Assembly (NCBI GenBank): GCA_964252035.1
Contig: OZ176206.1
Length of the DNA stretch: 64,000 nucleotides
Origin: Podarcis erhardii
Taxonomy: Eukaryota
Strand: one strand, 5' to 3'
Position numbers and translations under genes: made by a program. The notes under the pieces are model-generated. The model was given only the letters and a program-made list of their open reading frames with translations. It was not told the origin of the DNA and ran no database searches. Positions 47,150 through 58,352 of the stretch are shown here, piece after piece (positions within the stretch are counted from its first letter, which is position 1; each line of letters begins with the position of its first letter).

Positions 47150-50068
47150 GCGCCTGTTAAAGGAACATGAAATACAGAAGTTGGGGGGGAAACGCACTTT
47201 GAAACAGGTTCTAATGAAATCCTTAGAAAATTGGAACACAAAAGATCAGAATTAGAAGTGTTATATATGGAGAGAATAGGCAAATCCATGCTCGTTGTGA
47301 GTCAAAAGTTATATGAACATGGTAATAAACATTCCAAATGCTAGCCAGGGCTCTCAAAAGTAAGCAATTTATTTAAATAATTACTTTAAATATGGAACTT
47401 TCACTCATGACTAAAATCAGATTAGCAATATGTTTATAGTGTTTTATAAAGAGCTATATAACCCAAATAACCCTTTACCTGAAAAAAATTAAGTGAGAAG
47501 ATGTGTTATCAAACCTTTCATAAAGAAAGCACAACATTCTGCAGAAGAAATTGATCAAGCTATTAAAAAAACTGAAATACTGTATATGAGCCCTTGACCC
47601 GATGGGCTTGGCAACACATTTTTTAAGAAATACAGAGACCTACTCACACTTTATATTTGTCAACTTTATCCATCTGGCAAGAGCAATCAGGCGCTGATAC
47701 ATAGGCAGTGATCCAGAATAACTGTTCTTCTAAAGCCAGGCAGAGATAAAGCACAGGTGTGCTCATACAGGCCAATTACCTTATTGAATCAGGACCAGAT
47801 TATCTTCTTCTCAATTTTAGTTGCACATTTAAATCTAATAATTAGGAATTTAATCCATACAGACGAAACATACCTCTTGGGCATATCTTGGATCCCATAA
47901 GACTGTTCTTCTTGGATTTATGTTCATTACAAATTTACAAAGCCTTTGGTGGTTTGGAATGGTGTTATCTCTTAACATTTTGCGGACATGCCAACTAGGC
48001 AATCACCTTATTACAGCAATAGCTAAACTCCATTCAAATAATTCAGCTACTCTAAGAATTAATAACATGGACTCCTCAGCAATTGCAATCTGGAGAGGGA
48101 CAAAAAAAGGTTGTCCCTTGTGGCCACTGCTCTTCGTCTTCTCTTTTGAACCATTTGCTAATATCTTACGTCTTAATCCAGATGTAAAAGGATATTCGAG
48201 AAAGGGCGAAGAGCATCTGTTGACAATGTATGCAGATGATATTGTTGTGATGATGAAAGGCCCTAAGGGGTCAGCCTGTGCATTAAAGGAAGAATTAACA
48301 TCTTTTTGTGAAGTGGCAGGCTTAAAAATAAACACTGGAAAATCAATGATGTTTTTCAGTCTTCCACCACTGATTCAAATACACACTTGTCATATTCTTA
48401 ATACACCTATGTGCTGCTCTGCATTTGGAGACTTGGGTGTGCCAATTCTAAAAAACATGAACCATGAATCTAAACTGAATTATCCCATTATTTTAAAAAT
48501 GAACATGGACTTTAAAAAATGGAACAAATTTAACCTTTCCATTTTAGGCTCTATTGCAGCAGTACATATCATGTTAATTCCCCTTTTCTGTCCCTCTTTC
48601 AGGTCCTCCTTACTTTTCTCCAACGTCCAAATGGCAAACTAAAATTGTTTCATATTTCAAGATAAGTCTTCAAGGTTGCCCATGAAATCTTCTTTTCTTT
48701 TCTTTTTTAAATCAAAGTTGTTGGGGTTTACCAAACCTCTCGGTATACCATGACGCATTCCAATTGAGACAGCAGGCTTTCATGATTATGAAGGATGGTA
48801 AGAAATGGATCAATTTGGAAGAAAAACAAATAGCCCTAGGTCTGCTATGTGCTTTATCTTTCAAAAACCTTAAAATTATCACCCAAATGAATAACCCATA
48901 TTTACAAACTAAATTGAGGATATGGAAAAAATGGAAGTTGACTCTCCCCAGGTTGTTCACCACTCACTTCTCTGCAGACATATGCCAGTCTGAAAGCTGA
49001 TACTGATACTTTTAAAGCTAAAATAAAGAAAAGGGTAAAATTGGGTTATTTCAGACTGTGATTTTTTTTTTACAGGAGTAAGACCAGTAACTTTAAATGT
49101 ACCAAAAATGGGAATTAACTTTAAAGAGGCTTCAAATTCTACAAATTAAACATTTACTAAAGGATCTGATAGTTAAATTACATGCAACTAATTTTGAATG
49201 ATCCAAGGTGCCACTAGGTAATGGAGGCAAGGAAGTAATATCAAAATTTTATGGTTACTTAATACAGAACTAATTTGGGGACTTGTCTAGCTTAAAATCA
49301 AGATGGGAATATGATGTAAAAGTAACAATGGAAGACTCAATTTAGAAAGGCATATGCATGAAGAAACCCTTTAAGTCAGTGTCTGCGAACATTAAAGAAC
49401 TTTCACTCAAAATCTTCCACAGATGGTATAGGACTCCATCCCAACATCACATCAACTATAAGCCCCTTATGTTGGCATGGATGTGACACTAAGGGGACAA
49501 ATATACATTTTTGGTGGACTTGTTTTTGAATACAAGTTGTTTGGTCCCTGGATCACATAGAACTAACAGCACTAATAAAGGAAACAACTGAATTCACTCC
49601 ATAGCTTTTTATTTTAACAATGTTCCAAGGTACAAATAAAAATGTACTATCTAAAGAACTCATCACTTTACCAACTGTAGCAAGGCGGTCTATTGTCCAA
49701 CACTGGAAATATTTTGTGGTATAAAAACATGTACAACACTGCAATTTCAGTAAAAATTACATTTAGTTTTCAATTAATTCAAGTTGAGGCATAACCTATG
49801 GATTTTGGAGCAGTGTGGTGGGATTTTATATAGTATGTTATTAATACTAATTGAAGTAACTTGATTCCACAAGTAAATAAGAATGTTTGCCTATCGTGAG
49901 ACTGTAAGATGTCATCCTGTTTGTGGATAGAATATATCTTATTCTACTATCTTTTTACTTTAACCTTATTTATAGCATTTGTACTCCAGATGATTATGGC
50001 ATAATACCAGTTTATTAATATCACAGCAGACCTACAGTGAAAAATAACATTTATAAGAAAATAAAAAA
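47150..50068 (+). mobile_element. Decayed, 5'-truncated L1/Tx1-type LINE (ORF2 remnant plus 3' UTR)
   Basis: Frameshifted ORF2 motifs occur in order: QKLYEHGNK, SYRPITLLNQD, GTKKGCPLWPLLF, MYADD, GLKINTGKS, a C-terminal CW..C..H.WW.C knuckle (about 49470-49520) and VARRSIVQHWK. AATAAA and an A-rich end lie at 50060-50068. Confidence 0.85.
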
Positions 50069-50351
50069 TTGAAACGACGTATTTTTTATACTGTAAAACG
50101 TGCACTTTCCATACCAATTGTTTACACAAGGTTGAATCTGTATTTTCAGTACTGAAAACTAAAAGGGAAAAAAAAAAGAAACAAAATGGAGGGAGGGGGA
50201 GAGCCTATGTCAGAAAGCAGAGGAAGACGCCTCCAGTGATGCTAAGAGATTGTGGCTATCAGCCTGCTGGCCCAATGCAATACACTGCAAAAGTACCTCT
50301 GGCCCACCCTGTGTCCACATAGCGTTGGAGCTCAGGCACTTGCCCCCAGGT

Positions 50352-53300
50352 TCACAAGAGCCCCAGATTCTTCATCGTCCGCCATCGGTCCTTGATCGCC
50401 ACAGGAGTGCGGTTCTTAAAAGGGAATGCCTGGGAAATGGCTTTCCACCTCCCTTCCCCAAACTTCTTCACGCCTTCCTTAATCCACTGAGACTCCTCTG
50501 AAGTCCAGATCTAGAAAGAAGAGGGCATAGGCTCTCATGAGCAACCATCAAGTGCTGCAAGACTTGCCCCTTGTCCCCATGACAGAACGACAGATACCCC
50601 ACCCTCTGGAGATGGTTCCATGGCTGTTGCTAACAGAGGATTGCCACTAACATGGGATGTAGCCCAGTAACTCACAGCAGGCAAATATCCAGCCCATATT
50701 TCAAGACATTAAACCCAACTTGGTGGCGCACTTAGTCCTCCTTCTGCAATATGTGGGTAATAAAAATAAAATTCTGCTTCCTTAAAGTGTGGTTGAAGAG
50801 GCCATCAAAGATAGTAGATATAATGTGCTGAGATTGCCCAGGCTTCTTTGAAACACCTGGGTATCCAAGACCCTTGATTATTTAATTAATTAGGAGAGGC
50901 CCCTTAGTCCAGTGGTTGAACATGCAGAAGATCCCAGCTTCAAACCTGTGACATCTCCAGGTAGAGCCACGAAAGAGACACCTGGCCTGGAACCCTGTAG
51001 CACAGACAATACTGAGCTAGATGGACCAGGATTCAGCATATGGCAGCTTCCTATGTTCCCATTAATGGGGATTTCATCAGTTATTTCATTTGGGAGGGGG
51101 GGTCCTCATCAACTGGCCTCCATTTAGAGGGGTCTTGTCAAGGCAGGCCTATTTCTCCCCACTGGAGTGCTCAGCTCCAGACTGAGTGTAGGCTTGGTTA
51201 CCTTCTTTTTCGAACCAAAGAGGGAAGTGTTGATGCTGCTGCTGCTTTCTTCCTTCGATTCTGAAACACAAATTCATTTACAAACTTTATGGGATGCATG
51301 GAACCACTTGGTAAGCTGGTTATTGCTACTGGCTCAGCAGTTGGGAGGTTTTACCACTACTGCACCTCATCAGAAATCCACAGTAGTGGTCAAATTCCAC
51401 CCAGCCCTTGGCATGATGTGTACAGTCAACTACTGATGGAACTATGTTAGGGTTGCCATACATCCAGGGCATTCCAGACATGTCCTCTTTTGGGGGGCCA
51501 ACAGGCCCATCCAGGGGGATTTTTACATTTTAAAGGAAATGTCCAGGGTTGTAGGGAGGGGTTATTTATTCATTTATTGCTTGGCCAACTCTACACACCA
51601 CTGCTGCCGCCAGCCCAAGCTGGGAAAAGAAGAATGTATGTGCACTTCCTTCCCTGGCTCAGGCTGTCCTCTTTTTTGCTCTTCAAGATATGGCAACTCT
51701 AAACTATGTGGCAAACAGTCATCCATGTTCACTCACAATTGAGCATCATGCAGAACAAGAAGCCAGTCTGAGGCAAAAGGCAGTAATTTTGTCAGTGCTG
51801 CTGCTGCGCACTTGGGAGTAGGTAGTCCAAATATTTTACTTTTCTGATCCAAGAGCTGTGCTCCCAAATCCCTCTGCTTACTGTATACAGGATACTAGCT
51901 GCTTACCAAAAAGTTCATCCTCATCACTCCAGACCTCCTTTTCTTCATCCCGATTTAAACAAATTAGTCTCCTCTTTGCTAATCTGAATGGAACAGAGAA
52001 ACACAAGTAAGGAAAGACCTACCCCACAAGGAGATGAGACGGGACTGAGCTGCATCAATTAATGTCGCACACAACCGGGATTATGGAGATGCTGGGTTAA
52101 GTATCAGAAAAGGAGCGAGGTTAATTTGTCACAGCAAACACACCACTGCAGAGACCTATGGCAGCTTAAATATGAGCAAATAGCTGGTGGCAGAAACACA
52201 AACCCTTATCCTTGGTACAGACGGAAGGAGGGATGGGGGAGAGAAATAACATTTTCTACCTTCTGTCTGGCAACTGAAGCTAACATTCCAGGCATCTGAC
52301 AAAGCAGAGTCCGGCACAGGTGTTTCTGTCACAATAAATTTGTTTAGCAATCTTTAATGGGGCCAGAGACCGTATTGTCAATTCTGCTATCTTTGCAATC
52401 TGAGTAATAAAAATTAAGACAAGGTATGTGAACCAGATTCTCTCGCAATCTGCTTCTACTAGCTGGGGGAGAAGATGCACAGCGATGCAACCCTACCACT
52501 GCAAACCACCTTTGCCTTCCTTGGAGCTTCTGGGCTGAGGCCTAAGGCCTTCTAATGGATTCCTTGCAAAGGTGAAAGTTGCACCAAATGCCTCATGCTG
52601 TGCCAGTTCCCCATCAGACCCCACAGCAGTCATAGCCTCTTACCTGGGATATCGGGAGGTATCATCAGGCTGGGTGGGTTTTTGGGGCTGTGCAGGCCGG
52701 ACAACCAAAGTTGCCACAGGCCTCTTGGATGGAACTCGGCAGGAAGTTGGGGGGTTCCAGCTCTCTGACCCCATAACCAATGTGCTTATGGACACTGAGC
52801 GTTCACTGGGGTGCGGCCTGGAGGCAGCACGGTTCTTCTCCATTTGGCACTTGGCTGCGTGGAAATCAGAAGCCAAACATGGCTTGGGGAAAGTCCAGTC
52901 CAACTTGTCCAGTTTTGAAAACTCTTCATCTGCATCTGGGGAATTGGACAGGATCTTGAAAGCATCCCTCAGAGTAGAAAACCCATACGAGCCCATCCTC
53001 TTAGGCGAGCATCTGCAAAATAAACATCAGAAGGTTGCTCCACAAGTTTTGCCAATTTATGTTGCTGACCTCACCCTCAAGACCTTGCTCCCCTGGCAGC
53101 AGGTGTAATTTGAGTCTGAGAGCCAGAAATTGTATGGCAAAACAGCTGCCCAGCATGGCAAAGGGAGTCAAAACTGTAAGAGGCCATAGGCTGCTAACCT
53201 GTCAGAGTCACTGGAAACTGCTGAGACAGTGGCAACAGCAACCACAGCAGGCTCTGCAGCTCCACTGGTTTCTTCTTCTGGCTTTGAAGCTGCTTGGCAC

Positions 53301-56300
53301 TCATCAACCACTTTAGCAAGCTCCAAAACAGCTCCCTTTGCCTCCATCAAAGGCTTTGCAACTGTCTCACGGCCTCTCTCCATAGACTTTGGCTGTTCTT
53401 CCACTGTATTTCTAGGCGCTGCCTCAGGCCGGGGCTCTTCCAAAGTCTCATCAGATCTTCCCACAGATTCAGGATTATCTGCTGCTGCCACCTCTGAGGT
53501 TTCTTTCACCATTTCCTCCTTGCTGGCCATTTCCAAAGGATTGAGCCTGGTCTCTATCTGATCATCCGAATCCCTTTTTGCCATCTTAAGCAGAGAATGT
53601 GAACACAGTTACTAGAGAACACTTCTCAACTTTATTTTATTTTTTCTAGTTATATACAGCAGCCATGCCCAAGCTGGTGCCCTGAAGATGCTTTACCTAC
53701 AAATCCCCTAATTGTAGGGCCTCATGATGCTGGAGCACAGCCTCATGATGCTGGAGCTGTTGGGAATTGCTAGTCCAAAACATTGTCAGGTTACAAGCTT
53801 GATATATGTCAAATGTGACATTGGAGCCCTGTGCTGTTCTGCTGTGGGGTACTTTGCTCTTCACAAAAATATTTCCCAAACACATAATAGTTTGGCCAGG
53901 GAGGCTTCTGTCTTAAGCCTCAGGTGCTGAATGTACTTTTTTGATCACAGTGTTTAGACGGCAAGAGTTCTGCTGTGGCAATGTGGGTGATATTGAAGTG
54001 CTCCAGCAACACACAGAAATATATGAAGAAAGCAAGCTGCCTTATGCCAAGCCAGACCAATGGTTCATATAGTTTCCTATCACCACACATTGAGTGACAG
54101 CGGCTCTCCAGGGTTTCAAGCAGGGGACATTCCCAGTCCTACCTAGAGATGCCAGGGATTGCACTTGGGACCTTCTGCATGCAAAGTAGATGTTCGACTA
54201 CTAAGCTATACTCCCACTACAACATCCCACATCTCAATCAAGCAGCACTCCATACCCTTGCTTACCTCTAAGAGAAAGGGCTCAGAGTCACTCAAGCAGC
54301 TTTCTAAATACAGAAGTATTCTCTGCTGGAAAGCTTTATAGGAGAAGTTCCAGATGGCTGGATGAGCGAAGTTTTTTTCTCGGATGATGCTCTGGAACAT
54401 CGACCTCATTTTCTAAGCAAGGGGAAATGTTTTTCAGTACTTGCAAGCAAATTGCAGCACAGGGCAGAGATAAAAGCAATTTTTGCAGTCATTAGAAGTT
54501 TAAACAAAACAAGCCAAACCACCAGAGCAATCTAGGTAATGTAAAAAATGCATGAAAGTAATGATGACTAGAGATGTGGACCACAATCTGTAGCAACATG
54601 GGCTGCTTGTGGATGCAATTTTTCTCATTGCGTAAGGGGGACAATAAACTCTCAAGTATTTAAGACACTCACTGAATTGGAGAATGTGGGAAGGACAAAC
54701 CATGACTCTGCATTGCAGTGAAATGACCCTATAAGAGGCACATTTCAACAACAGCAGCGACATGAACTCATACCTGCTGAAAGCTCACCTGGGAACTTGG
54801 TTCCTTTGACATGTGTTTCCTCAAGATCCTGCTGGCTTGTTCATATTCTTTGTTTTTTAGACAGGTTATAACAGCCTGGAGAAGAAAGACAAAATAATGG
54901 TTTGCAAGGAAGACTTTGGGGGACTGTTCCTAATCTAAGAAGATACTGTTCGAGAGATATCCCTCTGGCAATTTTCTAGATCTGCTTCACATTTTCAACC
55001 CAGTGTGTTTTCATTGTGTAATATTAGACCACTTATTAAAGAATTAAAAAAAAAAATCAAGTAAGGCAAGTTACTTAAAAGTCTGTAGGCTAACAACATT
55101 GAAATAATGTATGCCTCAGGAGAGTCCAGAAGCCAGCTTTTCCTGGATTGCCCCCGAAGGAAACAAGTTTTCAAAACATGCTGAGTTCCAATAAACTCAG
55201 GCACTTCTGAGGAGACATTTCTCTTTCATTTCATCCCAACATATAGGAATCGTGCCTCCTTGCTTCTATTAATTTTTGTGAACTTATTTAAAAGTCCAAT
55301 TTAAGCATGGAGAAAAATAGGCAAGAGTTAATCCTGGCATTGAATTAGCACCTTAATTAAACCCTTTCCTAAATATACTGCATTTTGAAACTCAAGACAG
55401 CTGTCCTCATACTAACTAGGCTGAGAAACAGTAATCAGTGCCTACAGAAGAGGAAATGCTAACACTTACTGCTTCCTTTATTTTATTTCTTATTTCTTCT
55501 ATTATATCAATGCCTATGTCCAATTCATTCTTCATCTTATCCAAAAGAACAAGGGCATATTCAAGAGGTGTTAACTTGGTCTTGGTATCAATGGTCCAAT
55601 CTTCTTCAATCCTAGACAGAAGCTGGATAATCCGCAGCTGAATGCCAATGCGTTTCTCTAGCACTAGGGGCCTTGCAAGCACAGCTGGAGAAGAACAAGA
55701 CAGTCAAAACAGCCACTAAGCAAAATCAGATAGTTCAGCAAACCAGGTGTAACGAGGCTTGGGTAAGGCACCAAAGCCCTGTCCCATATATTGTATCCCT
55801 GGCCATATACAGACAGACAGCTTCATCCTAACGTGCCCTTTGGCCCAGGAGTCACTTTGCATTTGCTTGTTTTTTTGTGTGTGATCTGCAATATCTTTTA
55901 GTATCTATATATACACAAACACACACTTTTTTTTTTTAGTGTCTTAATCTTTGTGGTGAGAGATCTTGCTGGAGCTCCAGTTTTGTAGGGCAGAAATGCA
56001 GTATGTACAGATTTTATTAATAATAATAATAATAATTTTTATTTATACCCCGCCCTCCCCAGCCAAGGCCGGGCTCAGGGCAGCTAACAAGCAATAATAA
56101 AAACAAGTTGAATGATTACAACTTAAAAACAAAATTAAAATACAACATTAAAATATTGAAACATTAAAATATTTATAGACACACGGAAGTAATTACTGTA
56201 AGAAAATGAATGGTAAAGTACAGTAGTTGAGTTTCTTAGAACTACACTCCAAAGGTGCTAGGCCATTCCTAATGGTTGGCTTCTGGAAACCATCACACTC

Positions 56301-57132
56301 AACTACAGGCCACACCCAAAACTCATTAAATTCAATCTCTTAATACACACATCAACATTCTCCAATTTGAAATAGATTTCACGAAGGCTCTGAAGTTTTA
56401 TTGTTATTCACGCTTTTATACTGTATTTTATGCTGTTTTTTGTTGTATCACAATTGTTTTAAATTTGTTAGCCACCCTGAGCCCGGTTTTCTGAACCGGG
56501 AAGAGCGGGGTATAAATAAAAATTTATTATTATTTCCCTTAATGTCTAAAGGCAAATGACAAACGTTCCAGGGACACAGACTGCATTATATTTTAAGTTG
56601 CTTTAGGTTCATTATTTCTTAAATGAAAACACCTAATGATTATTAAATGTAATATGTCACTGTTACTTATTTACATTTATATAAGTGGAACCAGGGCTAT
56701 TACGTGACATATTTTAATGCTTGATGTTTTAGTATGTTCTGATATGTGCTGTGAGCCGCCCAGAGTGGCTGAGGAAACCCAGCCAGATGGGCGGCGTATA
56801 ACTAATAAAATTATTATTATTAGTTATTTACACTCACGTTCCTTAGCAGGAAATACCTTTACAGTTATTTAACCCAGCGAGAATGTTCCCCAAATGCCCC
56901 TTTCGTAAAACAAACTGGTCTCCTCACCGTATATGACGTCGCGCAGCTGGCGAAAGTCCTGGCTGCGGCCGGCCCGGAAAGCCTGAAGGGCCCGGTGGGC
57001 GTAGAAGAGGATGGCCCACCGGTTCACCGCCTCCTCCAAGGCCTTTTCGCGAGCCTCCGCGGCTCCTTCGGGCGATGCAGCAGGAGACGCTCCAGGGCCG
57101 CCGCCCGCCATCTTCCCTCTCCCGCGCGCCAT
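50352..57132 (-). CDS. TERF2: Telomeric repeat-binding factor 2 (about 567 aa, 9 coding exons)
   Basis: Exons 57132-56928, 55684-55470, 54875-54789, 54412-54266, 53584-53199, 53012-52644, 51983-51907, 51260-51202 and 50510-50352 total 1704 nt. Domains seen: TRFH (LEEAVNRW...FRQLRDV, LTPLE), a RAP1-binding-like [11 protein letters not shown], a TIN2-binding-like SISTLVM and the Myb domain [21 protein letters not shown]...IKDRWRTMK. Confidence 0.95.
56019..56830. mobile_element. Three L2-type 3' tails in TERF2 intron 1 (56019-56170 minus; about 56385-56535 and 56703-56830 plus)
   Basis: Each ends in a gggcgg(g/c)gtataa.taa.aa plus (ATT)n motif preceded by gccgccc(t/a)gag-like sequence. Confidence 0.68.
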
Positions 57133-58352
57133 CCCGCCGGGAAGGGGGCGTGGGCGTAAGTGACGACATTTAACGGGTCCTTCCCCTGACGTAGTCGGTG
57201 GGCGGAGCAGGAGGGGGGACCGCTGGCTCAGAGCCTGGGACCCTGTAGTCTCAGCACCGTCCCGGTCCCAGCGGGGCTCTCTCTGCTCACTCCTCTGCCT
57301 GGAGGCCCACAAAGCGCAGAGGGTGGAAGGGAAAGCTATGGGCAGCTCGCCCCTCGCCGTGGCGCTGCTCGCCCAGGGAAATCAAGGGGGCAGCCGGGCA
57401 GGTTCCAACAGACAGAGGCAGAGAAAGCGGACTTGGGGAGGATACAAGACGGAGCACGAGGGCCGAGACCGGGACACTGTCTCTGGCAGGGGGTTTCCAG
57501 GGTGATGGCTGCTGCTGCTGCAGCTGCGCTGCACGTGCGAAATCACCAGAGAGGGGGGGGGATCAAGATGCCCCGACGGCTGGGGGGTGGGATCATCTGC
57601 AGCAGTTGCCAGATGCTCCCGCGTTGTCTCTTGTGCCTCTTCAGCCAATCAAAGGGAGCCGCTGTTCCTCCCTCTCTCGTTTCATGCTGGCCATCTCCCT
57701 TCACGCCTGTGCGGCCTGCCTCGCCCCTTCCAGGAAGGCGCCCTACGCCTCTGCCTCGGGCAGCCTGGGGAACAGGGGTCCCGGAGATCGGTCCTGCTTG
57801 GTTGGCTGAAGGGACTTGGAGATGAAGGTGGTGGGGTAAAGCCCCACCTGCGATTTCTGGGTCGGGAGACGGGTTGCATATGGGGCTGTGCTCCATAAGG
57901 ACTTCTTCGGGCTGCCCATAATTTTTCTTCCGCTGTTGATATCCTTTTCTTTTCATATCACTCTGCGAAGTCTTAGCACCCGACACAACATTGCGAAAAA
58001 AACAACAATGGGCAACTATTCAAACTAGACCAAAGGGAGTGAAGCTGCATTAAAAGCGTTTTATTTTGCATGGGAAATGCGAGCGGTTTTTAAATACTAT
58101 AAAACGCAACTTCTCGGTATGCACACGGCTTTCGGCTGCTCCTGAGGGCTAGATCTGCAGCCCTGCTGGGATCATTTCGGGGGGGAAAGGCAGAATGTAA
58201 TCGAGGGTGCCCCTAAACTCGGGAATTGAGAGACTATAAAAGGAGACGGAAGTTTTGCCTCTTGTGTGTTTATAGTGCCGCGCGCTTCTTTGTAGTTCAG
58301 TTTCCGGCTCTCTACCGGAAGTGGAGCCCATGTGCATCCTCCTTTTGCTGCC
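57133..58352. promoter_or_regulatory. TERF2/DHODH divergent promoter region
   Basis: CpG-rich. GC boxes and TGACG motifs at 57145-57206 lie next to TERF2, and ACCGGAAGTG at 58315-58324 lies next to DHODH. Confidence 0.75.

Noticed and set aside
47920-48642. 240-aa reverse transcriptase ORF as an active or domesticated gene
   Set aside because: It is one fragment of a frameshifted L1 ORF2, with degenerate motifs and flanking stops.
57133-57312. 60-codon in-frame extension upstream of the TERF2 ATG
   Set aside because: It has no ATG and overlaps GC-box/CRE promoter motifs, so it is probably not in the main mRNA. It is kept only as a caveat to the N-terminus finding.
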